Source: a virus (Duplodnaviria > Caudoviricetes). From it: DNA of 64,000 nt. The notes beneath the pieces were generated by a model, which saw nothing but the letters and a program-made list of their open reading frames with translations, ran no database searches and was not told where the DNA came from. A program made the translations under genes and the position numbers. This document shows, piece by piece, positions 37,065 to 44,833 of the stretch. The number at the start of each line of letters is the position of its first letter. Positions within the stretch are counted from its first letter, which is position 1. The stretch covers positions 1 through 64,000 of the IMG/VR virus record IMGVR_UViG_2788500220_000014; one strand, given 5' to 3'.

Positions 37065-37244
37065 CTATGGGTCAATAGGTTTCCGCCCATCTAGTTCAGG
37101 GAAGTCGCCGTACTCAAGCATCATCAGTGTGCGCAGATTATTCATTTGCGCTCTATCGTTGACTACCTTAAGTTGATTATCAAGGTGTTCAATCTTTTCC
37201 TCGAGCTTATCAATACCAAGAAGCCATTTCAGAAATTTACGCAC
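37065..37244 (-). CDS. 59-aa protein MRKFLKWLLGIDKLEEKIEHLDNQLK... (amphipathic N-terminus plus coiled coil)
   Basis: Hand-translated; GTG start overlaps the upstream stop. Confidence 0.55.
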   Translation of the reverse strand: MRKFLKWLLGIDKLEEKIEHLDNQLKVVNDRAQMNNLRTLMMLEYGDFPELDGRKPIDP

Positions 37245-37413
37245 TGCTAATTACCGTAAGCATTTCTTTAGTTGCAACAACTTCTGTTTGAGACTCTTGG
37301 CATCTGACCTCATAAACAAATCCCGTTCCCACAGAATATCTAACGACCATGATTAGTCCAAGCTCCTCGTTTCCAGATCTAGTTATAACTCTTACCAAAT
37401 CACCGACTTTCAT
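37237..37413 (-). CDS. Small SH3-like protein (MKVGDLVRV)
   Basis: Start overlaps the NESR* end of the upstream gene. Confidence 0.7.
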   Translation of the reverse strand: MKVGDLVRVITRSGNEELGLIMVVRYSVGTGFVYEVRCQESQTEVVATKEMLTVISSA

Positions 37414-37597
37414 TGATAATACTCCACTTTGTATAGTCAAGTCGAGTCACCCAACTCCGACCATCATCACTTAGAATCCTCAACCGAGGGGTCTTTTGAT
37501 ACTCTCCTGTCTTAGGCGGCATCACTCCCAGTACTAGGGCAATGCAACCATGTGCCTTAATCAGGTCACCTTCTTTGACATGGTTACCAGGTTTCAT
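37400..37597 (-). CDS. Small SH3-like protein (MKPGNHVKEGDLIK)
   Basis: ATGA overlap; family motif. Confidence 0.65.
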   Translation of the reverse strand: MKPGNHVKEGDLIKAHGCIALVLGVMPPKTGEYQKTPRLRILSDDGRSWVTRLDYTKWSIINESR

Positions 37598-37761
37598 TGA
37601 ATTGGCTCCATCAATCGTTGCAGTACCCAATTAAGCCGGCCGTCTGACCACTTAACAAGGTAGGTTGGATCTGCAGACTCAATAGCTTGGTGGTAACCAA
37701 TAATGATACCCAATAGCCCACCTTCAGAGAGTTTATGTCTTACCATGTCACCGATCTTCAT
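37594..37761 (-). CDS. 55-aa SH3-like protein (MKIGDMVRHKLSEGGLLGIII...LVKWSDG)
   Basis: Hand-translated; below the ORF-track cutoff. Confidence 0.7.
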   Translation of the reverse strand: MKIGDMVRHKLSEGGLLGIIIGYHQAIESADPTYLVKWSDGRLNWVLQRLMEPIQ

Positions 37762-37763
37762 AG

Positions 37764-38063
37764 TCATCGCAACAACTCTCCATACGCTTCTTTTCCATAC
37801 TCTTCCCAGTCATCCAGGGACCACAGATCATCTCGATCTGTCCAGAAGGTATATGGATCCAGGGTCGGTCGACCGGTAAGTGATCGCTTACTAGCCATGA
37901 CCTCGAAATTCCCTTCTCTTCCACCTCTGCCAGTAGTAACCACAATCCCAGTTTGCAGGTCATTATGATAGTAGTCTTCGAAAATCACCACGTCACCAAG
38001 CTTAAGCATATTCTTTTTCCTATCGTCGCTCGATGCCAAACCACTCTGGGCGGCCACACTCAT
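37764..38063 (-). CDS. Small SH3-like protein (MLKLGDVVIF; true start probably internal)
   Basis: Paralog-like to 38020-38283 (WTDRDDL vs WREREDL). Confidence 0.65.
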   Translation of the reverse strand: MSVAAQSGLASSDDRKKNMLKLGDVVIFEDYYHNDLQTGIVVTTGRGGREGNFEVMASKRSLTGRPTLDPYTFWTDRDDLWSLDDWEEYGKEAYGELLR

Positions 38064-38283
38064 TCCACTCGGCAGTCGTCATCAGATCCTCACGCTCTCG
38101 CCAGATAATCATCTCCTCATAAATCCCATGTTCCGGGAGTGCGCATACCTTCACCAAGTAGTGGCCGGCTTCGTATCCGGTGATGACTCCTGCCATGATA
38201 GCGTTTGCGGCGAAGTCTTCGTAGTGAACGACGTCGTTAATCTTAAGCACTATATCTATCTTTCTAAAGTAGCGAGGATCCAT
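38020..38283 (-). CDS. Small SH3-like protein (LKINDVVHY)
   Basis: First gene after promoter 38301-38331. Confidence 0.65.
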   Translation of the reverse strand: MDPRYFRKIDIVLKINDVVHYEDFAANAIMAGVITGYEAGHYLVKVCALPEHGIYEEMIIWREREDLMTTAEWNECGRPEWFGIERR

Positions 38284-38300
38284 TCCCCACCAACATTTAG

Positions 38301-38331
38301 ATTATACCATGAAGGAAGTAGAAATGCACGA
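38301..38331 (-). promoter_or_regulatory. Early-type promoter
   Basis: GTGCAT ttctacttccttcatgg TATAAT. Confidence 0.8.
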
Positions 38332-38398
38332 TAATAACTTTATTGTGAAATAAAAGTTTGTATTGTAGCCATACGTAATATTACAACCTGAGGTTAAT

Positions 38399-38593
38399 AT
38401 GTTAGATAGATATAGAGAGTGGATTTCTCATATGTCAGATGGTCAAGCTGACCTAATGGCATCTTTTGGTTACCTGGTGTGGTGTAGCTTACTAGTAACC
38501 GGAATATTATCATACGGTGCTGGTGCTTTAATACCTATGGTTCTATCTTTTGGCCTGGCCGGTGTATTAACTGCATCCGTATACATTCATTAA
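38399..38593 (+). CDS. Small two-TM membrane protein
   Basis: GAGGT RBS; hydrophobic. Confidence 0.6.
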   Translation: MLDRYREWISHMSDGQADLMASFGYLVWCSLLVTGILSYGAGALIPMVLSFGLAGVLTASVYIH

Positions 38594-39408
38594 ATGCAAT
38601 CCTCAACATATTCAGGCCAGTATTGAAGTACTTCTGCCTGTGAGAAAAATTCATTCTGAGAATCTGTCCAGTGCTCCGGAGCATCATTTCTTGATATATT
38701 TTCAGTCCCTGTACCAGACCTCTGATGCCATGTGTGACAAAAATACTCTTTGGCAGCGGTCATGGCAACCTTGTCCTCAATATATTTGCATTTGTATTCA
38801 AGTGCTGGATCACCAGAATCCCAAAATGGCCAGGCCTTAATAGAAACCCACAGGGGTACCAAGCCATTCGCCTCATTGTCAATTGATAATATTTCACCAT
38901 TCTCATCTATCCCAGTTATAAAGGGGTATGTGTGCTGACGTGGGGTACTGTAAAACATATCTTGGTCTGAACAGGCGTTTCTTAAGAATATATCCATTCT
39001 TGCATCTTCAGTTGTTATCCAGAATGGATCCATATTGGAAAATGCGCCAGCTTCGATACCAGCAACTATTCCATGTATTAGAGATTCGAAGCTATAATCT
39101 AGATAATACAAAGGTTGGCCAGAAGGTGCTATCTGCGCCTGACGTTCATCAGGAGCTCCGTCTCCAAAAAGCCTCGGCCTTAATATCCGGTTCGTTGCAT
39201 GGTCGATATAGAACTGAATTGCCTTCTCAATTTCTTCAGAGAAGACAGGTATCTGGTCAACATCAATCTGTTCTCCTGGGTCAGGAGGTATAATATGTTG
39301 AGATGGTTGATCATCAACTTCCTGAATGTCAGGTGTGTTCGTTGTTGGTAGTTCAGTTTCTTGAGAATTTGCTTCGTGGATGCTGGGTTGGTCTGGGTTA
39401 TGATAGTT
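38590..39408 (-). CDS. Open frame continuing in-frame after the TGA of the L7/L12-domain gene (possible readthrough extension, or separate gene from TTG 39111)
   Basis: 99 stop-free codons with no ATG/GTG between 39408 and 39112, in frame with both flanking ORFs. Confidence 0.6.
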   Translation of the reverse strand, partial: NYHNPDQPSIHEANSQETELPTTNTPDIQEVDDQPSQHIIPPDPGEQIDVDQIPVFSEEIEKAIQFYIDHATNRILRPRLFGDGAPDERQAQIAPSGQPLYYLDYSFESLIHGIVAGIEAGAFSNMDPFWITTEDARMDIFLRNACSDQDMFYSTPRQHTYPFITGIDENGEILSIDNEANGLVPLWVSIKAWPFWDSGDPALEYKCKYIEDKVAMTAAKEYFCHTWHQRSGTGTENISRNDAPEHWTDSQNEFFSQAEVLQYWPEYVEDCI

Positions 39409-40233
39409 TCAATTTTCAATAAACTCTATCAACAAATCAGAAATATCATAGGCAGTCTCAATCAACACTTCAATGCTAGTACGTTCTTCTTCTGTAACAT
39501 CTTCTTTTAAAGTAACCGGGAGGGAATCTAATAGGTCTTTTGCTTCTTTAGGTGATAATCCGGTTATATCCCGCACCAACTTGATCATATCGACTTTCTC
39601 ATTTAGGTCATAGCCATGAAGCCGAACAGTATAGCTAACATCGTCAGCCGGTGGGGTAATAGTTTCTTCATCTTCATGAGAATCCTGCGTCATGAGCTCT
39701 GCTAGACTTACTTTCATATTGTTCAACTCAACAGCAATATCTGCACATAACTTTTCATTTTTAGCAATTTCATTTTTGAGTGCGTCAGTTGTTTGTTGTT
39801 CACGTTTTTCAAGATTGTTCAGCGCGTCGCTGTTGCTCTTGGTCTTACCCCAATGTTTGTCAATAGCAGTACTTAAAGCCTCAATCTCGCCAACAAAATG
39901 TTCACTGATTGCCTTATCACAGCGGTTTGCAATTTCTTCTATTACGTCAATTCGCTTTGAGATCTTATCTAAGTCTAGCTTTGAGTCTAATTTAGACATC
40001 TCGTCTATAACCCTGTGTATGTTATCCCATATCCTTATTTGATCCATTGCCATTGTTGAAATAGATGACATGTATGAGCTCAAGGTTTGTTCAATTTCTT
40101 CATCGCTAGCATCTGAGCTTGCTATTACCTTTAATAGCGCAGATTTTCTTTCTAATTCAATCTCTTTTTTTATCTCTTTTTTAAGATCTTCATTATTTTT
40201 CTCTATTCCAAATAATCTTAATATCCAGCTCAT
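39409..40233 (-). CDS. Coiled-coil protein with C-terminal ribosomal L7/L12 CTD-like domain
   Basis: KVDMIKLVRDITGLSPKEAKDLLDSLPVTLKEDVTEEE aligns by eye to the L7/L12 CTD (KVAVIKAVR..TGLGLKEAKDLVE..P..LKE.VSK); start MSWILRLFG. Confidence 0.8.
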   Translation of the reverse strand: MSWILRLFGIEKNNEDLKKEIKKEIELERKSALLKVIASSDASDEEIEQTLSSYMSSISTMAMDQIRIWDNIHRVIDEMSKLDSKLDLDKISKRIDVIEEIANRCDKAISEHFVGEIEALSTAIDKHWGKTKSNSDALNNLEKREQQTTDALKNEIAKNEKLCADIAVELNNMKVSLAELMTQDSHEDEETITPPADDVSYTVRLHGYDLNEKVDMIKLVRDITGLSPKEAKDLLDSLPVTLKEDVTEEERTSIEVLIETAYDISDLLIEFIEN

Positions 40234-40378
40234 GTGCGTCCGTCCTTTGTGGCAAATATGTCTAAGTATAAATATTTCGAACATGTTCAAGCGCTTCTCA
40301 GAATTTTGAGTTATTTTACTCGAGTCAATGTATCGCTTATAATGTTTATAACGCTTATTCGACAGGAGATTTAAATCA

Positions 40379-40810
40379 ATGAAAAATATAAGCTTACTTG
40401 TTTTTACTAGCCTTATGCTAACTGCTTGCCCGGGCCCGGGTCCACAGTATCATGCACCGGCTGAGAGTTGCGTTAAAGAGTACTCATACGCAATGCGAGC
40501 ACTAGCTGCTGTCGACCGTGGGGTGGGCGAAGATAGTGTGGAAGCTAACGAGCATGCATGTGACGCGTCATGGGCGGCATTCGTAGATTCAAGCATGTTA
40601 GATTCCGATGCACTTCCAGATTGGTATAGGTGGCATAATGAGCTATGGTTCAGCGATGAGCTTAAGGATGCAATGCCACAATGTCGTGGGAATGACGGGA
40701 CTAGTGAGTATCACGCATGGACACTTTTAAAAGACGATGAAGTTATGAGAGTGCGATGTACACTTAAGTGTGATGGTCATGACCCGGGCTCTTGTGAACA
40801 ACCAGAATAG
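40379..40810 (+). CDS. Cys-containing lipoprotein
   Basis: Lipobox LTAC; AGGAG RBS. Confidence 0.75.
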   Translation: MKNISLLVFTSLMLTACPGPGPQYHAPAESCVKEYSYAMRALAAVDRGVGEDSVEANEHACDASWAAFVDSSMLDSDALPDWYRWHNELWFSDELKDAMPQCRGNDGTSEYHAWTLLKDDEVMRVRCTLKCDGHDPGSCEQPE

Positions 40811-40908
40811 CTTCTTTTTGAATTAATGTAAGGTTTAGTGCAATACCATTGTATATTTATTTGGTGTCAAGGGTGATAAATTATCCCTCTTAATCCTAAG
40901 GATATACA

Positions 40909-41262
40909 ATGAAAAACTTTACTTTACTTTGTTCTCTGTTGTTTTTGGTGGGTTGTCCAACACCTACCCCTGAACCAGAGCCGGATCCGCCCGAGCCAGT
41001 TGTCGAAGTACAATGTCAAACAATTGAACGATGTCAATTATTAGTGCAAGCATGCTTAAATGAAATGTGCCCAAAGTATTTTGCACAAGGTAAGAGTGCT
41101 GCCGATGCATTTCAATATTGCACTGTTGATATGACCGCAAGGCACCCTATTATGAGGCAGCATGATTGTGCACAGTGTATCGAAGAAGACCGTAGGATTA
41201 ATCGTGGCCGAAATTTCGGGTCGATTATATCCAACGTCGATAGGTGCCAAACCGGTAATTAG
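40909..41262 (+). CDS. Cys-rich lipoprotein
   Basis: Lipobox LVGC, PEPEP linker, multiple Cys. Confidence 0.75.
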   Translation: MKNFTLLCSLLFLVGCPTPTPEPEPDPPEPVVEVQCQTIERCQLLVQACLNEMCPKYFAQGKSAADAFQYCTVDMTARHPIMRQHDCAQCIEEDRRINRGRNFGSIISNVDRCQTGN

Positions 41263-41277
41263 CCGAAAGCTTATATT

Positions 41278-41748
41278 ATGATTAAAATAATTTCTGCCGC
41301 CTTCGGTATTGCTTTTGTACTGGCCGCCGCCTGCAGTCCGCAAGTTGAACCGAATACAGGGCATACGTCCCAAGTCCCGAGCCTTTCAGCTTGCCATATA
41401 TTATATGACTCAGAAACACAAACATGGGTAAGGGCAATATTGCCTCAAAACAGTACACAGTTCGAATTATGCGATCCACTCATCGATGATTACAACGTTG
41501 AATACGAAGCACAGTGCCAGCTAATCAATTACGGTACTGTTTTAGGCTATGAAACAGAGCCTCAAAGATTCGAGCTTCTAGAAGAATATTGTTTGGATGA
41601 GCCTATCGACGGTCGATGTGATACCTTTAACTGCCAAGACGTACATAAGGCAATTAATCCGGACGCGGGTTGGGCATATCCCTCAGGTTGTGTTGCAATA
41701 TTAAATCGTAATGAAGGTACATGTACAGCAATGTGGAACGATCAGTAA
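41278..41748 (+). CDS. Cys-rich lipoprotein
   Basis: Lipobox AAAC; multiple Cys. Confidence 0.7.
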   Translation: MIKIISAAFGIAFVLAAACSPQVEPNTGHTSQVPSLSACHILYDSETQTWVRAILPQNSTQFELCDPLIDDYNVEYEAQCQLINYGTVLGYETEPQRFELLEEYCLDEPIDGRCDTFNCQDVHKAINPDAGWAYPSGCVAILNRNEGTCTAMWNDQ

Positions 41749-42648
41749 TTAATCTTCATCATAATCGTCGATATCATCAAATACATAACTACAATTATCT
41801 TCAAAATAGTCAATAATCAAATCGAGTGGTTCTGTATATTCAACATCATCGATAACCCAAAAATCATCCAGACCATCGGCAATGATCTCTGTTAAAATAT
41901 CTTCGGGGTTATCTGGGCACCAATCTTCACAAAAATCTTGAATACGTATTTTTAACACGTCAAGTCTTTCTGCATTCCAAAAATAAGAATCAATCGTATC
42001 AGGCGTCGATAAAAAGATATATTTCTTTACCTTATGCTCTACGTCATCGGTGTTCCAATATTCTAACTCAAAAACTATCTCAATATTCTCATCATTGTCT
42101 TCAGGTATTGGAAACCTAAATGGGTCAAGAAAAAGGGACTGCAATGATACTCCACTCGGAGCGCCGCACCATGACAAATCAACCGGTGCCTCGAGGCTGG
42201 GTGAAAATAAGATCCGATTAGTAGAATTTGGAGGCTGTGTGTATACAGTATACAGCAGATTATTGTACTTTGACTTAAGGCCGACGATATCAGGAAATTT
42301 AGAATTATTTAAAAGCTCTATTACATTATCTGCAGATATTACGCCGCCGCGGCCGCATAATGCAATACCGTCATGATTATTTAATAAATCCCATTCATGG
42401 CCATATACCTCTTTTTCAATCATCATTAGGCGATCATCGATATCAGATATGTCATGAAGCCCTAGTTCATCAATATCATCATAAAGCTCTGATATCGCTG
42501 TAGCGGTTATATTTTGTTGATCTACATGACCTTGTTTTAAAAGCTTTAAATTTGATACTAGCTCTTTTTCTTTTTTCTTTTGGTCGTTAACGAATTGATC
42601 AAACTCTTTTTTTGAAACGGTCCCAAATAGCCTTGCCCAGAAAGACAT
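41749..42648 (-). CDS. Acidic hypothetical protein with N-terminal MSFWARLFG amphipathic helix
   Basis: AAGGAG RBS; very D/E-rich C-terminus. Confidence 0.75.
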   Translation of the reverse strand: MSFWARLFGTVSKKEFDQFVNDQKKKEKELVSNLKLLKQGHVDQQNITATAISELYDDIDELGLHDISDIDDRLMMIEKEVYGHEWDLLNNHDGIALCGRGGVISADNVIELLNNSKFPDIVGLKSKYNNLLYTVYTQPPNSTNRILFSPSLEAPVDLSWCGAPSGVSLQSLFLDPFRFPIPEDNDENIEIVFELEYWNTDDVEHKVKKYIFLSTPDTIDSYFWNAERLDVLKIRIQDFCEDWCPDNPEDILTEIIADGLDDFWVIDDVEYTEPLDLIIDYFEDNCSYVFDDIDDYDED

Positions 42649-42824
42649 AATATTATGCTCCTTAAGTTATTTTTTTTCAGAACTAAACCTAAACAGCGAT
42701 ATCGCATGTGCGATATGCCTATAAATATGGAGCTACTGTATGATATAATACCGTATATATAATTTCACATAATATATGTAGACAGTTTAGATAGTTAATA
42801 ATAGAACCCTAAGCTGGAAAAACG

Positions 42825-43166
42825 TTGAGACTTGCAATAATACTTTTAGCATTCCTCGCGTGCGCACCTGAACAGCAGGAACTTTTTGACCGATCGGTAT
42901 TTGAAGATACGTGGTGGGAAGTTAATACACTGGGATACAATGCATGTTTTCTTGTACATCAATCTGGGGAAATATTTATATTTGAGCCAGATTATGGAAC
43001 ATATTTTGCAGGTTCATGGGAGTATGAAGATCCCGGAATGTATCACGTTGAATCCGACTCACTAAATAATGCAGAAGTACTAGAAATTAAAAAGAAGAAA
43101 GACTGTTGGAAAATTTCAGGATACTCTATTTTAAAAATAGAAGCATGCGCATGTACATTACTATAA
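42825..43166 (+). CDS. Putative lipoprotein
   Basis: Lipobox FLAC. Confidence 0.65.
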   Translation: MRLAIILLAFLACAPEQQELFDRSVFEDTWWEVNTLGYNACFLVHQSGEIFIFEPDYGTYFAGSWEYEDPGMYHVESDSLNNAEVLEIKKKKDCWKISGYSILKIEACACTLL

Positions 43167-43191
43167 AAAAAGGAGGGCGTTAGCCCTCCTT
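43166..43191 (-). terminator. Intrinsic terminator between convergent genes
   Basis: AAGGAGGGC TAAC GCCCTCCTT followed by a T-run. Confidence 0.8.
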
Positions 43192-43217
43192 CGTATATCG
43201 AAAACTAGTTAATAGTT

Positions 43218-43445
43218 TTACTTCACTGTTGCATCTGCATCATCAACATTAGTATTCTTGACAGCCGGTGCAATTTCAAACCCTGTAGTTTCTTGAGTCA
43301 CTGCAGGTTTCGAAGGTATGACAGCCGGAGCCTTTGTTGAAGTTACAACATCAGGTTCTGAATTAGATGATTGAAGATAAAACAATCCAACAACTAATCC
43401 TAAAACTGTTACTGCTGCTACAACATATGTAGTATACTTTTTCAT
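43218..43445 (-). CDS. Single-TM secreted/anchored protein (MKKYTTYVVAAV...)
   Basis: AAGGAG RBS before ATG 43445. Confidence 0.7.
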   Translation of the reverse strand: MKKYTTYVVAAVTVLGLVVGLFYLQSSNSEPDVVTSTKAPAVIPSKPAVTQETTGFEIAPAVKNTNVDDADATVK

Positions 43446-43467
43446 GATTAAATCACTCCTTGTTTCG

Positions 43468-43501
43468 AAAAAAAGAGAAGCCCAGCATTCCAAGGCTTCT
43501 C
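43468..43501 (-). terminator. Intrinsic terminator closing the large ncRNA candidate
   Basis: GAGAAGCC...GGCTTCTC followed by T7. Confidence 0.85.
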
Positions 43502-44120
43502 GTTCTCATGACCGTCAAGCCTTTTGAGCCTGTCCCCCTCTTGGGGTTAGACGTGAACACACCGGTAAGTAACACCGTTCACAAGATTTCTCCCTGTTCT
43601 TGGCTCGTAAAAACCACGGAACAGCACGTCCTACTGTCATCAACATTCTGCGCTCAGTTGGGTAAGCTGTACACTTCCCCCCGCATTTGCGCGCCATGCT
43701 TCCAATCCTTGGGAGAATGTCCACATAACCCCTTTCGGGACGATAGGTTCGTTGCCGACTCTACCAGAGAGACTTCTGCCAATGACAGTTAAATTCTAGA
43801 GGTTATTAAGCCTCCTTCCCAAGACTTTTCGACTCCTTTTGGGAGTGTCTTTGGTTTGCCCTTATCCCGTTTCCACGATGAATTTACAAGTCCATGGATA
43901 TTTTCAGCAGTATTTCCCTAGCGGAATAGGGACTCATGCATCCAACTACTAAACGACTTCGGAAGTTCCACCTTCCTTAACTCGTTCCCTCTCTTGGTGG
44001 GGCGGCATGCCGCAAGAACAACACCTTCCCCATTCGAGGTTTTCTCTATCATCTACTTTCGTAATTGCCCAGGAGCCAGTAATTCCACCTGAGTTTTTGG
44101 ACCCGAGAACATGGGTCACA
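43502..44120 (-). ncRNA. Large (~620 nt) structured non-coding RNA candidate, ROOL/GOLLD-class-like
   Basis: No credible CDS. Several GNRA-capped hairpins (UAC-GAAA-GUA, UCG-GCAA-CGA, CCC-GAAA-GGG). 13-bp long-range helix 43777-43789 / 43633-43645 with G-U pairs that favour the minus strand. Flanked by a promoter, a boxA-like element and a terminator. Confidence 0.7.
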
Positions 44121-44124
44121 TAAG

Positions 44125-44136
44125 TTTTCAAAGAAC
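44125..44136 (-). promoter_or_regulatory. boxA-like antitermination element GTTCTTTGAAAA
   Basis: Resembles the rRNA-leader boxA; lies between the promoter and the ncRNA. Confidence 0.55.
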
Positions 44137-44193
44137 CTTCGTTTATTAACGTATGTTAAATATAACGACCCTCTATAGAGTGTATAAAACTAT

Positions 44194-44790
44194 TTAATTT
44201 AATTTTGCACCTACCCATAACCCTAAAGATGCCTGGTAAAGATGCTTCTGGAGCAATTGTTTTGGTATCACCCATTTAAGGGGTAACTCTTCCTTGGGCC
44301 TATCAATTATAGTATTATTTCTATAATCGTGATATGCTGTCATCTGTTGTTGCTTTATCCACCTAATTGTAGATGCATCGCTCCATGACCCACGAGATAT
44401 AACTTGCAACATGTTATTATAAAGTAGCATCTCTATAGTAAACTGATTATCACTTAGGGTAATCGTTGTTTCAAGTAAATAATGACCGTTGTCATACGTA
44501 CATTGCTTAGCATTTAAAGTATAGTCACAGCCCTCCCATATATATGATATTGTATCTCGGTTATAAACGTTAATTGGATTAACACCTTTAGCCAGTCGAC
44601 TGTGCATGCTAGCTAAGCCGAATACTGAATTAACGTCAATATCTACATCAGCATCTTGAGACATGTCAATAACCTTAATAGGTGCTACATAAACTTCTGA
44701 AGAGCGAACATCGCTAACAACAATTGACATATCAACATCTTCTGCATGTGAAGATAATAAAGAGAAAGAGAGAAAGATAAGCGCTTTCAT
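44194..44790 (-). CDS. Secreted hypothetical protein
   Basis: Signal peptide MKALIFLSFSLLSSHA. Confidence 0.7.
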   Translation of the reverse strand: MKALIFLSFSLLSSHAEDVDMSIVVSDVRSSEVYVAPIKVIDMSQDADVDIDVNSVFGLASMHSRLAKGVNPINVYNRDTISYIWEGCDYTLNAKQCTYDNGHYLLETTITLSDNQFTIEMLLYNNMLQVISRGSWSDASTIRWIKQQQMTAYHDYRNNTIIDRPKEELPLKWVIPKQLLQKHLYQASLGLWVGAKLN

Positions 44791-44833
44791 AACTCACCTA
44801 TAGATTAGTAATTTATCGATCACCTATAAATAA

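Noticed and set aside
39409-39411. Selenocysteine at the in-frame TGA
   Set aside because: The position is a domain-linker boundary rather than a redox motif, and I see no clear SECIS hairpin immediately downstream.
39180-39419. ORF MKIETIITQ... (79 aa)
   Set aside because: TTG start without an RBS; the alternative frame continuous with both neighbours has more protein-like composition.
1222-40233. Genome-wide stop-codon reassignment (TGA or TAG) to explain the in-frame TGA at 39409
   Set aside because: Conserved genes are full length in code 11 and end at expected positions with TGA (phoH) or TAG (prkA, DinG). ATGA overlaps are frequent.
43460-44131. ORFs 43460-43792, 43515-43724 and 43949-44131
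   Set aside because: No RBS or protein-like features; the region is better explained as a structured RNA bounded by promoter and terminator.
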